64,000 nt of DNA from Phycisphaerales bacterium UBA5793 (GCA_002418285.1 DIDT01000037.1:37491-101490); one strand, 5' to 3'. Shown: positions 17,664-28,322, counted from the stretch's first letter. The notes: generated from the letters alone by a model not told the origin. Numbers and translations are program-made.

Positions 17664-18866
17664 ATGGAATTGCCCATGAGCAACGGCCAGGACATCCCCC
17701 TCAGCAGACCGGACATCACCGCGCTGGAAATCGATCACGTGGTACAGACGCTCAAGTCCGGACGCCTGAGCATCGGGCCGATGCAGGAACAGTTTGAAGC
17801 GCTCGTTGCGGCCCGCGCTGACACACGATACGCCGTCGCGGTCTCAAGCGGCACGTGCGGACTACACCTCGGATTGCTCGCACTGGGCATCAAGCCCGGC
17901 GATGAAGTAATCACCACGCCCTTCTCTTTCATCGCATCGTCAAACGCCATCCTCTACGTCGGCGCCAAGCCTGTCTTTGTGGATATCAATCCTCGCACAC
18001 TCAATCTCGATCCCAACCAGGTCGAAGAAGCCATCACCCCCCGAACCAAGGCGGTCCTCGGCGTGGAAGCGTTCGGCAACCCGTCCCACATGATCGAGTT
18101 GGCCAATCTCTGTCAAAAGCACGAGATCCCCCTCGTCGAGGATTCATGTGAAGGATTCGGCGGCACACATCGTGGCCGGCCCATCGGGAGCTTTGGCCGC
18201 CTCGGCGTCTTCGCCTTTTATCCCAACAAGCAGATCACCTGCGGCGAGGGTGGGATGATCGTCACCGACGACGAGCGCCTCGCCGACCTCTGCCGGTCGA
18301 TGCGTAATCAGGGCCGCCCGGTCGATCCGACGGACCCGGCCGAACCCGCCTGGCAGGCGCCGGGTTCTTGGCTCATGCACGAGCGCCTGGGCTACAACTA
18401 CCGGCTCAGCGAGATCCACGCCGCCTTGGGCGTCGCGCAGTGCAAACGACTTGATGAGATCCTTGAGCTGCGCAACGGCGTTGCCAGCAAGTACATGTCC
18501 CGCCTGATGGGGATGCCCGACATTATTCTCCCCACCGTCGATCCTGAAACCACCATGAGCTGGTTCGTCTTCGTCGTGCGCCTCAGCAGCGAGTTCAGCG
18601 CGGAAAACCGTGATCGCATCCTCGCCGGCATGCGCCGCCACGAAGTCGGCGTGAGCAACTATTTCCCCCCGATCCACCTCCAGCCGTTCTACATGCGGCA
18701 GTTCGGTTACAGCGACGGCGACTTCCCCATCACCGAATCCGTCGCCCAGCGAACCATCGCCCTGCCCTTCCACACTCGGCTGCGTGAACGCGAGATCGAC
18801 CTCGTTTGCCAGACGCTCGAAGTTATGATCCAGCGCGAGAAGTTCACCATCGACCGCAGCTCGTGA
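17664..18866 (+). CDS. DegT/DnrJ/EryC1/StrS-family PLP-dependent sugar aminotransferase
   Basis: The family pattern is present: 'IPLSRPDIT..EI..V..TLKSGRLSIGP', 'AVAVSSGTCGLHL', 'VITTPFSFIASSNAI', 'FAFYPNKQITCGEGGMIVT' (catalytic Lys) and 'GYNYRLSEIHAALGVAQ'. An alternative start is ATG 17676. Confidence 0.9.
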   Translation: MELPMSNGQDIPLSRPDITALEIDHVVQTLKSGRLSIGPMQEQFEALVAARADTRYAVAVSSGTCGLHLGLLALGIKPGDEVITTPFSFIASSNAILYVGAKPVFVDINPRTLNLDPNQVEEAITPRTKAVLGVEAFGNPSHMIELANLCQKHEIPLVEDSCEGFGGTHRGRPIGSFGRLGVFAFYPNKQITCGEGGMIVTDDERLADLCRSMRNQGRPVDPTDPAEPAWQAPGSWLMHERLGYNYRLSEIHAALGVAQCKRLDEILELRNGVASKYMSRLMGMPDIILPTVDPETTMSWFVFVVRLSSEFSAENRDRILAGMRRHEVGVSNYFPPIHLQPFYMRQFGYSDGDFPITESVAQRTIALPFHTRLREREIDLVCQTLEVMIQREKFTIDRSS

Positions 18867-19531
18867 GCGTGCCACCCATCCAACTTGTCTGCTTCGACCT
18901 TGGTGGGGTTCTTGTGCGCATCTGCCGCACCTGGGAGGAGGCTTGCACAAGGATCGGCATGGATGTGCGAACAAATGACGCCTGGGAGCGAAACCGCCTT
19001 GCGAGGCGAGAAATCACCCGGCAGTATGGCATCGGTCGCATCGACTGCGATTCCTATGCGCGGAAGATTTCTGAACTGATGGATGGACTCTACCACCCTG
19101 AAGAGATCACCCGCGTGCATGACGCATGGACGATTGAGGACTACCCCGACGTTGCGGATCTACTCACACGGCTCAATGCGGCCGGAATGCCCACCGCCTG
19201 CCTGTCCAACACCAATCACGGCCATTGGGTGCGCCTGGCGCACGAAGTTGACGGCCGCACCCGGCCCGGTGAGCCGGAGTTCCCCGTCGTGCGCCTCATC
19301 CAGCACCGCTTTGCCTCGCACCTCATGGGCTTCGCCAAGCCCGATCCAGCCATTTACTCCGCGTTCGAAAGCGCAATGAACGTGCAACCCGGCGAAATCC
19401 TCTTTTTCGACGACCTCGAAGAGAACATCGCCGCCGCTCATCAGGTAGGATGGATCGCGCGCCAGATCGACTTCCGCATCGAAACTGCGCCGCAGATCGA
19501 ATCGCACCTGCAGGAATTCAATCTGGCGTAG
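18863..19531 (+). CDS. HAD-superfamily hydrolase
   Basis: HAD motif I is 'LVCFDLGGVLV', motif II 'CLSNTN', and motifs III/IV 'KPDPAIY...ILFFDDLEENIAAA'. The GTG start overlaps the degT-like stop. The upstream part of ORF 18806 overlaps the previous gene and is rejected. Confidence 0.75.
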   Translation: MSVPPIQLVCFDLGGVLVRICRTWEEACTRIGMDVRTNDAWERNRLARREITRQYGIGRIDCDSYARKISELMDGLYHPEEITRVHDAWTIEDYPDVADLLTRLNAAGMPTACLSNTNHGHWVRLAHEVDGRTRPGEPEFPVVRLIQHRFASHLMGFAKPDPAIYSAFESAMNVQPGEILFFDDLEENIAAAHQVGWIARQIDFRIETAPQIESHLQEFNLA

Positions 19532-19559
19532 AAGCAACGACCCCTTCCTACGATTCGCC

Positions 19560-20099
19560 GTGGCTGAAGATCCCGAAGAGTTTGAGGACGAGCAGGATTC
19601 CGACGCTCGCGCGAAGATCGCCGATGGCCCCGTTCAGCCGACGTGCCCTGGCTGCGGATACGACCTGAGCGGCACCCTTGAGGCCCCCCAGCAGCGCTGC
19701 CCCGAGTGTGGCCGAACGTGGACAGTCGATGAACTCGCGCTCCAGCACGCCCAGCGACTCGCCGGCGTCCGTCCACCCAACCGTGTTCTTGCGGCAATTG
19801 GTCCGGGACTCACAATCGCCGGCCTGCTGCTCGTGGGGTTGATATTCGGCCCGCCAGTCAACTGGCTCACGTTTCCCGTCGCCGCAGTCCTGGTCGTACT
19901 CGCCACGGTCGAGTGGGCTCGTGATCTCCATCGCAAGTCGTTCGCGCGGCCACGTACCCGGTTCGATCGCTTCGTGTACGTGACCGGAATGACGCTACTG
20001 CTCATCGCCATCAACACCGTCCTGATCGTGATCATCGGTCTGTTGCTCATCGCCCTGGTTTCCGCAAGCGGCATTCTGCACGTTGGAACGATCACGTGA
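19560..20099 (+). CDS. Zinc-ribbon membrane protein (hypothetical)
   Basis: It has an acidic N-terminus, then 'CPGCGYDLSG...RCPECG' (CxxC...CxxC zinc ribbon) followed by about 4 TM helices. The start is GTG. The stop overlaps the next gene's GTG start (GTGA). Confidence 0.55.
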   Translation: MAEDPEEFEDEQDSDARAKIADGPVQPTCPGCGYDLSGTLEAPQQRCPECGRTWTVDELALQHAQRLAGVRPPNRVLAAIGPGLTIAGLLLVGLIFGPPVNWLTFPVAAVLVVLATVEWARDLHRKSFARPRTRFDRFVYVTGMTLLLIAINTVLIVIIGLLLIALVSASGILHVGTIT

Positions 20100-21520
20100 C
20101 CCTCGCACCCGCGATGTCCCGCCAGTCAAGCCGGCTTATGTGGATGGTCGCCGCCGCGGCGGTCTTGACGGTCGCTTTCAGCATCGCAATGCACTGGGTG
20201 ACGATCTCACGCGAGCCCACTCCCGAAGCCGGCGCGGCCAACATCCGTTCGCTGTGGCCCTACTGGATCGGCAGCGCGGCGCTGTGGCTGACGCTCACCG
20301 CCGTACTCTTCGCACTCGCCCGGCAACGCGATTCGAGTCACGACGAACCCGCCTCGCAAATCCACCCTGCGTGGATCATTGTGACCATCGCCATCGTTGC
20401 TCGGCTCATCGTCATCTCAACCCACGACGGCTCACTCAGTGACGATCTCTGGCGGTACCTCTTCGATGGTCGCGCACTCGTTTCGGGACACAATCCCTAC
20501 CTCGTCGCGCCCGCTGAAGTCGACCCGAAGTTCCCTCGCTTTGAAGGCGAAGCCGAACTCGCCAGTCGCATCAACCACCCCGAACTCGTCACGATTTACC
20601 TGCCGACGAGCCAGTGGTGCTTTGCCGCTTTCACTCTCGCCGCCAGGCCGATTACCAGCGATGTCATTTCCTCGGCGCGTCTGCTGCGTCTGTCTCTCAG
20701 TGCCGTCGACGTGCTGGTGATCCTGATGCTTCTCGTGCTGCTTGCGAGGCGCGGCAGCAGTCCGTGGTGGGCTATCGCCTACGCCTGGCATCCATTGACG
20801 ATCAGTGAGTTTGCGGGCTCAGGTCACCAGGACATCCTCGGCATTGCCCTGATGTTCGCCGCGTTTCTGCTCTACGACGGCACGCTCGCTGGAACAACGC
20901 GATGGTCGCCCGCTCTGGCTGCGGCCGGAGCGGTAAAGCCGGTGGCGATCCCACTGGCCGCCATACTGCTGCGACATGAGCGGGCCGCGCACTGGTGGCG
21001 AGCGATTCTGATCGGTGCCGTGGCGTCCGCTCTTCTCTACGTCAGCGTAGGGATTTGGCCCGGTTCTCTGGCAATGCATCGACTGCTTGACACGATCGAT
21101 CAATTCGTGCATCAATGGGCCTTTCACAGCGCGATCTATGAGCCGCTGCACAAACTGGGCGTTGGACTTGGAACCGCCCGGCTCATTTGTGTTGCTCTGC
21201 TCGCCGCCGCAGCGTGGTTGCTGTGGATCAGACAGACTGAGCGGTACCAGACCGCCCGCGCCGTGCTCTTCGCAGCGCTGCTCTGTTCTCCGGCAGCCCA
21301 TCCGTGGTACCTTCTCTGGGCGCTCGCACTGCATCCGCTTTCACCGGGTGCAGCGTTGTGGGTGGCTTCGCTCACCCTGCCGTGGGGCTACTTGGTGCTC
21401 GGCGACGTGGAGAGCTGGACTGTTCCAGTCTGGGGGTGGGGACTAACGTACCTTCCCATCGCAGCCGCGCTTCTGCTGGACCTGACGAGGAGGATTCACC
21501 GTGCCCGCACTCGTGCGTGA
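20096..21520 (+). CDS. GT-C fold integral-membrane glycosyltransferase (DUF2029/GT87 PimE-like or PIG-M-like)
   Basis: 474 aa with more than 10 TM helices. The first periplasmic loop, 'SDDLWRYLFDGRALVSGHNPY', resembles the catalytic-Asp loop 'D(L/Y)xV(Y/F)..(G/A)......G..PY' of polyprenyl-phosphate-sugar-dependent GT-C enzymes. Confidence 0.6.
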   Translation: MTLAPAMSRQSSRLMWMVAAAAVLTVAFSIAMHWVTISREPTPEAGAANIRSLWPYWIGSAALWLTLTAVLFALARQRDSSHDEPASQIHPAWIIVTIAIVARLIVISTHDGSLSDDLWRYLFDGRALVSGHNPYLVAPAEVDPKFPRFEGEAELASRINHPELVTIYLPTSQWCFAAFTLAARPITSDVISSARLLRLSLSAVDVLVILMLLVLLARRGSSPWWAIAYAWHPLTISEFAGSGHQDILGIALMFAAFLLYDGTLAGTTRWSPALAAAGAVKPVAIPLAAILLRHERAAHWWRAILIGAVASALLYVSVGIWPGSLAMHRLLDTIDQFVHQWAFHSAIYEPLHKLGVGLGTARLICVALLAAAAWLLWIRQTERYQTARAVLFAALLCSPAAHPWYLLWALALHPLSPGAALWVASLTLPWGYLVLGDVESWTVPVWGWGLTYLPIAAALLLDLTRRIHRARTRA

Positions 21521-22616
21521 TTTCGAAAACGCCATCGAGGCCATGGCGCCGCTGGCGTTTGCCGAGCGGTGGGACAACGTAGGTCTGCTCATCGGTCAAC
21601 GGGAAGCGCCAATCAAGCGCGTGTTGCTCACCATCGATCTCACGGCCGCAGTTCTCGATGAAGCCATCGCTCAGCAAGTCGATCTCATCTGCACGTACCA
21701 TCCGGTGATGTTCAAGCCGATTCAGCGGCTGGTCGGTGCCGACCCCAAGAGCGACATCATCCTGCGGGCCATCAAGGCCGGCATTGGCATCTACTCGCCT
21801 CACACCGCGCTTGACTCGGCGGCGGGCGGTATGACAGACTGGCTCGCCGACGCTGTCGGCCAGGGCTATCGCCGGCCGCTGGTGGTCGCGGAATCGCTCC
21901 CCGTCACGCAGGAACTCAAAGTCGTTACCTTCGCTCCTGCGAATGCCCTTGATCGATTGCGCGATGTCATGGCCAGTGCCGGCGCCGGCCGCATTGACCA
22001 CTACGACCATTGCTCATTCAGCGTGGAGGGATCAGGGACCTTTCGCGGGGACGCCACAACGACGCCGGCTGTCGGCGCCAAGGAGCGATTCGAACGTGTC
22101 GAAGAGCACCGCCTCGAAATGGTGTGCCCGGCATCGGCTCTGCACGTACTCATCTCTACGCTGCGTCAGTTCCATCCCTACGAAGAACCCGCCGTCGATG
22201 TCTACCCGCTGCGGGCCCGGCCGCTGCCCGGAGTCGGCGGCGGCCGCAAGGTCGTCCTCGATCAACCCACCACCGTGGGACAGCTGGCCGAGCGAATCAA
22301 AAAGCACCTGAACATCGCGGCGGTGAAGTCGACCGAATCCGCCAAAATAGTGCGGCAGGTCGCCGTCGTTCCGGGGTCCGGGGGCGACTTTGTCGAAACG
22401 GCAATCGCCCAGGAGTGCGAGCTGTTCATCACCGGCGAACTCACCTACCACACGGCCCTGAGCGCGTGGACGCGCGGCTGCGCCGTCATCCTGACCGGCC
22501 ACGCCAACAGCGAGCGCGGCTTTCTACCCATCCTCAGCCAGCGCCTCACCGAGCGACTCGACTCCGTCGAAATCATCCTCGCCAGCGCTGATCGCACGTT
22601 TTTCGAAATCATCTGA
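21501..22616 (+). CDS. Nif3-like dinuclear metal centre protein (YbgI/YqfO family) with inserted PII-like domain
   Basis: 'FAERWDNVGLLIG', 'DLICTYHPVMFKP', 'IGIYSPHTALD' and the C-terminal 'FITGELTYHTALSA...VILTGHANSER' fit NIF3. The about 100-aa insert is as in YqfO-type members. Confidence 0.85.
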   Translation: MPALVRDFENAIEAMAPLAFAERWDNVGLLIGQREAPIKRVLLTIDLTAAVLDEAIAQQVDLICTYHPVMFKPIQRLVGADPKSDIILRAIKAGIGIYSPHTALDSAAGGMTDWLADAVGQGYRRPLVVAESLPVTQELKVVTFAPANALDRLRDVMASAGAGRIDHYDHCSFSVEGSGTFRGDATTTPAVGAKERFERVEEHRLEMVCPASALHVLISTLRQFHPYEEPAVDVYPLRARPLPGVGGGRKVVLDQPTTVGQLAERIKKHLNIAAVKSTESAKIVRQVAVVPGSGGDFVETAIAQECELFITGELTYHTALSAWTRGCAVILTGHANSERGFLPILSQRLTERLDSVEIILASADRTFFEII

Positions 22617-22629
22617 ACGCCGAGTCGCG

Positions 22630-25600
22630 CTACTTTTTCGGCTTGAAGATGTTGTCCAGCGCGTTGTCGATCAGGTTGCCGCCGAAGTTCTTGAAGAACT
22701 CATTGGCGACGCGCTGCGCTCCCTTGGGATCAGGCTTGATCTCCGGCTTGTCGATGGGGCCGCGCACGACGAGATAAAACGGCACATTGAGCGGAATATC
22801 CGTCAGCAGCGGCGGCGCAATCTTCGTCATGTCTGCAAACACGCTCTTCCAGCCGATGAGCGGCACCGACGCGAGCAGATCGAGCTTGCGATTCACAAGA
22901 TCGACTTTGCCGTTTGTCGTGATCTCAAACGATTGCGACTGCATGACAAACTTGTCGTATTCGAGCACACCCTTGTTGATGCGCCCGGTGATGGGGGGGA
23001 TCAGCGTCTCGACCCGATCGACCTGAGTCTTGTCTGTCTTGGGTTTGAGCTGGCCGAGGAACTCGCCCAGAATGCCCTGCGTCGGCACGTAGAGTTGCCC
23101 GAGATCGAGCGTAAACTGCCCGCCAAGTTTGGAAATGTCGCCATCGAGCGGCAAAACGAGCTTCGACGCATTGAACGCGATCGGTCCCGCCTTCTTCTGC
23201 ACGTCATAGAGCAACGGATTGACGTTGGACAGCAGCGTCGTCGACATCTCCGGCGTCACCTCAAGCGATGCCGCGAGCGGATTGGCGGACTCGATCACCA
23301 GCGTGTTGTCGCGCAGATCCGCTTTGGGAACATTCAGCGTTCCGGTCGGCGTGATGATCGACGCCGTCAGCGAACCCCCGTTGGCGTAGGCGTCAACAAC
23401 ATTCACACTCATGTCCATGGACGGACCCAGCGCTGCGACCAGTTTGCCATCCAACTGCGCAAACGCATCAACGATTGCGACCGGCACGCCCTTCAATGTC
23501 CCGTTCGCGCTGTGGCGTCGGTCATCCGGGTTCGAAGTTGCCGATTTGACCGAGCCAGTAAGATCGATTCCGCCGGGTGTGGCGCTGGTACCCGTGGAGG
23601 TCGTACTCTTGAGCTGTGCCGTGATCCCTTCCGCCAGGCTCTTGCCGCCAAGCTTCAGCAGCGTATCCGCCAGTGAGAAGTTCGTCGTCCCCTGCCTAAG
23701 TGCGATGCGCGGCACCACCACATCAGCATCGACGGCCAGCTGCCGCGGGTCATACGCGCCGCCGCTCAGGGCGGCCAGTGGAAGCGAGATGCTGCGCACC
23801 GTGGCACTCAGTTCTGAGTCCTCCGTTGCAGCCCACTGCGTCCCAGGCGCAGCCGACACGGCTGCGCCCGTCCATTCATTGAGGAACTTGCCAAGCCGCG
23901 CGCGATCGACGTGCGCCGCCAGCGTACCGGGCGTGTTTACCACGAGCCGATCGTCCTGCAATCGTCCGGCGACGTGGGCGGATGCCTGATCGAACTTCGC
24001 CGAAACGAGCAAATCGTCGGTGAGCTCACCCTGATCGTTGACGACCGACCCGACCTCCAGCCCTCCTTTGCCTCCGAGCCACGCGGTGAGCAGACCGGGT
24101 TCGAGCGCCAGGGTGTTCTCAATCGCCGAAACGTTGATGTCTGTCGCGGATACGCGCCCGCGCGACTTCGTCCAGTCGCCGCCGATGGTGTACCGAAGAT
24201 CCGAGTTGATGCTGGCAATGGCGTTCTTGCCATCGCTGACCTGACCGGTCAGGGCGTATTTCCCCACGCCATTGAGTCCGGCTGCCCAGTCGCCGTTGAG
24301 CTTGACATTGACCGTCGTGAGCGAGCCGGGCACACCCGAAATGCCGGTGACCACGGCTCGCGGTGTTGACGCATCGAGTTTCAGTGGCCAGACGTTGAAT
24401 GCAGCGCCGGCTGCAGCCTTCGATGGCATCGACAGGACAAAGGTCAGATCCGCCGGCTCCGCCAGTGCCGCGACCGGCTCTGGCCCGAGCAACGCCGCCA
24501 CCAGCGCCGGCGTCGCCCGTTGCGTGCCGCGCAGCTCGAACAGTGGCTGTTCATTCTGCAGGGCATAGGTTAATTGCAGATCACTCCGTTCGCCACGCAT
24601 CGTCGCGTTCGCTGAGAGTCCGGCAGGGAATTGGATCGCGTTGAGCGTCAGTCGAATCGGTCCACCCAGCGTCTCCGTGACCACGCGAGCCTGCTCGCCG
24701 GCCCACGCGTTGACCACCTCGAGCGGCACCGGCATGTCAGCGGTTTCAAAGCTGACCGTGCGCGTTGCCGCGTCCAGCGCATTGGCCACTTCGCCCGTAC
24801 CGTTCACATTCAGCGCCACACCATCCTGCTTGATCGCTGCCTTGATGTCGGCTCCGACCTTCTGACTCAGCGAATCAGTGCGGAAATCGATCGCCAGGCT
24901 GTCCACGTCGTAGCGCTTGGCTGCTGTCGGCGTCTCGCCTTCCGCTGGAACTGCGGTGTACGTGCCTCGCGCATTGAGCAGAACCACCGAGCCCTGCGCC
25001 GCCGCCGACCTCCAAGCCTCCGAATCCGCCTCGGTCGGCAGCATCGCTTTGAGTGAAGTGATACGAACCGTCGCCTGTCCGCCCTCTTCAAGACGCACCT
25101 CGGGCGCTGACTCGGCCACCATCGTCGCCAGTCGATCGCGCAGCGCGGGACTGACGGTCAGCGTCGCTTCAATCGGCTGATCCTTGATCGACTCGATGCG
25201 ACCGTCGGCCAGGCGCAGATTGGCGTTCACGCTGCCTTGCGCCGAATCGGATGACATGATCAGCCAGGTCGCGTTCGCGTCCGCGGGAGATGAGCCGGCA
25301 GACAGTTCTACGCGCGTCAGCATCGGACCAACCGCATCGACCACCCAGCCACCCGCGCCGGACACCGAATCGATGAGCGAAGTCGGCACGCTTTGCGTGC
25401 GCAGCATGCCGGCCAGTCCAAGAGTCTCGCTCGACCACGCGCCATCGCTCTTGAACGCACGAAGCAAGGTGATCTGCGCGCTAACTGGAGCGCTGACCTG
25501 CCGACCGGGCTCAGTCAGATACGAGGTCAGCTCCGCCGTCGACATGAGCGTGATCTCTCTGGTCGGATCATCACTTGTGATGTGAACTCCGAAGTTGCGA

Positions 25601-26781
25601 ACATCCGCAGCCGGCACATCCGTGCGCCCCGTCTTGAGCGATGCTGCATCCACGCCCAGTGTCGCATCGAGCTTTCCCGTGGCGAGATCAAGTGAACCAT
25701 CGCCGGTCGGCAATTGAACTGACAAGGTCTGGATGTGCAGGTTCGCCGTAGCCTTCTGCGTGAGTGATATCCCGGCCAGCGCGTCGACACCCACGACCCT
25801 CTCGAGCGTTTCTTGAGTGGCCGTCACGCTCACCGTTCCGGCCGTGACGTTCAGCCGGCGCTGCGCATCGACCGTGGCGGCGATTTCAGCGTTGGCGCGG
25901 GGCGAGCTGGCGGTCAGCTTTGCCTCACCGCCGCCCATCCCACCAGTGGCGCTGATCGTCAGGTTGACCGAATCGCCAAGGACAGCGCTGAGCCGCCCGC
26001 GTTCGCCGATCATCTGTTCAAGGATTGGCACCGGCAGGTTTTCGCCCTTCACCTCGGCGGCCAGGCGGGTCTGATCAATCTGCAGGGCGCCGTCCGCAGC
26101 TGCGAAATCCGAAATCGAGGCATCGACCTGGAACGAGCCCTTCGTCGAGCCAACCTCTGTGGCCCCGCCCAACTTGAGCGTCACGGGCGAGCGCCCGTCA
26201 ATCGCGAACTTCCCCTGCACATCACGTACCGCCATGGTCGGCTGCGAAGAACCGGGCAGTGGCACGTACTTGACGTTCAAATCCTTGAGTTCAAGCGCCG
26301 CCTTGACGCCATCGGGAATGATGACTTCGCTGAGATCTTCAGCCTTGCCGGCAGGGGTGGACTTGGCGCCGCCGCCCTTTGTCTCATTCTTCGTCGGCGA
26401 TTCGTACACCGTAACATCGCCCGAGAGCACCACAGTGCCGAAGTCGCGCGAGCCTTGCGCCCACGCCCAGAGCGATCCCTTGAACGCAGCCGAAACGTCG
26501 GCGACTTCCCGATTCTGCGCATCTTTGATGCGCAGGCCGCCGATCGCCTGATCGCCGCTCCATGTCAGGTTGAGCGAGTCGATCGAGAAGCGCATCGCAT
26601 CGGTCGAGAGTTTCGATGCGACATAGGATCGCCCCGCGCTTGTGCCCAGCAACCACGGCAGCTGCCACAACGCCGCAAGCACCACCAGCACCACCGCCGC
26701 AAATGCAATCGCCACCCACCGCTTCCAGCGGCGCGGTTGGCGCTCAAGTGAGTCTTTGGACCGGCCCATGAGGCTCCCCAC
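22630..26781 (-). CDS. Giant AsmA/TamB-like envelope protein (N-terminal TM anchor, long beta-rich repeat body)
   Basis: 1383 aa. The single N-terminal TM is 'WVAIAFAAVVLVVLAAL'. The body is long and rich in Gly/Thr/Ala/Val/Leu. The C-terminus 'DLLASVPLIGWK...FYLVVRGPIDKPEIKPDP' resembles AsmA-family C-terminal regions. The family call is from pattern only. Confidence 0.55.
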   Translation of the reverse strand: MGSLMGRSKDSLERQPRRWKRWVAIAFAAVVLVVLAALWQLPWLLGTSAGRSYVASKLSTDAMRFSIDSLNLTWSGDQAIGGLRIKDAQNREVADVSAAFKGSLWAWAQGSRDFGTVVLSGDVTVYESPTKNETKGGGAKSTPAGKAEDLSEVIIPDGVKAALELKDLNVKYVPLPGSSQPTMAVRDVQGKFAIDGRSPVTLKLGGATEVGSTKGSFQVDASISDFAAADGALQIDQTRLAAEVKGENLPVPILEQMIGERGRLSAVLGDSVNLTISATGGMGGGEAKLTASSPRANAEIAATVDAQRRLNVTAGTVSVTATQETLERVVGVDALAGISLTQKATANLHIQTLSVQLPTGDGSLDLATGKLDATLGVDAASLKTGRTDVPAADVRNFGVHITSDDPTREITLMSTAELTSYLTEPGRQVSAPVSAQITLLRAFKSDGAWSSETLGLAGMLRTQSVPTSLIDSVSGAGGWVVDAVGPMLTRVELSAGSSPADANATWLIMSSDSAQGSVNANLRLADGRIESIKDQPIEATLTVSPALRDRLATMVAESAPEVRLEEGGQATVRITSLKAMLPTEADSEAWRSAAAQGSVVLLNARGTYTAVPAEGETPTAAKRYDVDSLAIDFRTDSLSQKVGADIKAAIKQDGVALNVNGTGEVANALDAATRTVSFETADMPVPLEVVNAWAGEQARVVTETLGGPIRLTLNAIQFPAGLSANATMRGERSDLQLTYALQNEQPLFELRGTQRATPALVAALLGPEPVAALAEPADLTFVLSMPSKAAAGAAFNVWPLKLDASTPRAVVTGISGVPGSLTTVNVKLNGDWAAGLNGVGKYALTGQVSDGKNAIASINSDLRYTIGGDWTKSRGRVSATDINVSAIENTLALEPGLLTAWLGGKGGLEVGSVVNDQGELTDDLLVSAKFDQASAHVAGRLQDDRLVVNTPGTLAAHVDRARLGKFLNEWTGAAVSAAPGTQWAATEDSELSATVRSISLPLAALSGGAYDPRQLAVDADVVVPRIALRQGTTNFSLADTLLKLGGKSLAEGITAQLKSTTSTGTSATPGGIDLTGSVKSATSNPDDRRHSANGTLKGVPVAIVDAFAQLDGKLVAALGPSMDMSVNVVDAYANGGSLTASIITPTGTLNVPKADLRDNTLVIESANPLAASLEVTPEMSTTLLSNVNPLLYDVQKKAGPIAFNASKLVLPLDGDISKLGGQFTLDLGQLYVPTQGILGEFLGQLKPKTDKTQVDRVETLIPPITGRINKGVLEYDKFVMQSQSFEITTNGKVDLVNRKLDLLASVPLIGWKSVFADMTKIAPPLLTDIPLNVPFYLVVRGPIDKPEIKPDPKGAQRVANEFFKNFGGNLIDNALDNIFKPKK

Positions 26782-26837
26782 CCTTCTTCATCGTGATGTC
26801 GAATAATAGGTCGACGGGGCCGTGCGCTACCCGTCAA

Positions 26838-28322
26838 TCATCCGTCCATCATGTACGAATCGAACGAATAGTTCGGCGCTTCGCGCGTGATGGTGATGTC
26901 GTGGGGATGTGATTCGACGAGGCTCGCGCTGCTGACCTTCGTGAACCGGGCCTGGGTGCGCAGGTCTTCCATTGTTTGGCAGCCGCAGTAGCCCATCGCC
27001 GCCCGTACCCCGCCAACCATCTGGTAGACGAAATCCGCAAGTTTGCCGCGGAACGGCACAAGGCCCTCGACGCCTTCGGGCACAAACTTACTCGTCGGCG
27101 AGTCGCTCTTCTGGCCGTACCGATCCGCCGAACCCTTGGCCATGGCACCAGCCGAACCCATGCCGCGATACGACTTGTAACGCCGACCACGCCGGATGAC
27201 GATTTCGCCCGGCGATTCTTCGAGGCCGCCAAAAAGCGAGCCCATCATGACGCTCGACGCTCCTGCTGCAAGCGCTTTGGCGATGTCACCTGATGACCGA
27301 ATGCCGCCATCGGAGATGACTGGGATGCCGGCGCCATCCGCCGCAATGCAGGCATTGAAGATCGCACTGATTTGCGGCACACCCACGCCCGTCACCACGC
27401 GCGTCGTGCAGATCGAACCGGGCCCGATGCCGACTTTGACCGCGTCAACACCCGCCTCGATCAGGTCGCGCGCCGCCTCCGTTGTTGCGATATTGCCTGC
27501 GATGATCTCAATCTCAAATTGCTTGCGGATCTCACGAACGGTATTGAGTACATTCTCACTGTGTCCGTGGGCCGTATCCACGATGATCACGTCGACTTCA
27601 GCCCCAACCAGCGCCTCGATGCGATCATACTGATGCACCCCCACCGCTGCCCCCACACGAAGTCGGCCGCGATCATCACGACACGCCAGCGGGTGTTGCT
27701 CGAGATTGTCAATGTCGCGCATCGTAATCATGCCGGTTAAGCAGCCCGAACCATCAACGAGCAGCAGCTTCTCCACCTTGCGCCGACTGAGAATGTCTTT
27801 GGCCTGTTCAAGAGTTGTATTGCTCGGGCCGGTCACCAGGTGCTCGCTGGTCATCACATCGCGAACGAGCTGATCGCGCGACTCGAGGAACTTGATGTCG
27901 CGCCGCGTGAGGATGCCGACCACTTTCCCGTGCCCCGCGCCATCGGCCGTTACGGGGAAACCAGAGACGTGGAACTTCTCCATGAGATCAAGCGCAATCG
28001 ATACCGGTTGATCAGGATTGAGCGTCACGGGGTCAGTGATGACGCCGTTTTCCGATCGCTTGACCTGCACGACCTCGCGCGCCTGGTCCTCCAGGCTGAG
28101 GTTCTTGTGGATGATGCCGATTCCACCCTCCTGCGCCAGCGCAATAGCCAGCGAGGACTCTGTCACCGTGTCCATGGGCGCACTGACAAGCGGGATATTG
28201 ATTCGAATGTTGCGGGTGAGGCGGGTGGACGTGTCCACCGAGGAGGGCAGGACATCCGACCGGCGGGGAATGAGAAGCACGTCGTCGAACGTAATGCCGT
28301 CGCTGATGATCTTCTGTTCCAT
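26838..28322 (-). CDS. guaB: Inosine-5'-monophosphate dehydrogenase
   Basis: The start is at '[19 protein letters not shown]' (ATG 28322). Tandem CBS domains are present. The catalytic loop is '[13 protein letters not shown]', followed by '[17 protein letters not shown]' and 'YRGMGS'. The ORF-track N-terminal extension to 28415 is rejected. Confidence 0.95.
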   Translation of the reverse strand: MEQKIISDGITFDDVLLIPRRSDVLPSSVDTSTRLTRNIRINIPLVSAPMDTVTESSLAIALAQEGGIGIIHKNLSLEDQAREVVQVKRSENGVITDPVTLNPDQPVSIALDLMEKFHVSGFPVTADGAGHGKVVGILTRRDIKFLESRDQLVRDVMTSEHLVTGPSNTTLEQAKDILSRRKVEKLLLVDGSGCLTGMITMRDIDNLEQHPLACRDDRGRLRVGAAVGVHQYDRIEALVGAEVDVIIVDTAHGHSENVLNTVREIRKQFEIEIIAGNIATTEAARDLIEAGVDAVKVGIGPGSICTTRVVTGVGVPQISAIFNACIAADGAGIPVISDGGIRSSGDIAKALAAGASSVMMGSLFGGLEESPGEIVIRRGRRYKSYRGMGSAGAMAKGSADRYGQKSDSPTSKFVPEGVEGLVPFRGKLADFVYQMVGGVRAAMGYCGCQTMEDLRTQARFTKVSSASLVESHPHDITITREAPNYSFDSYMMDG

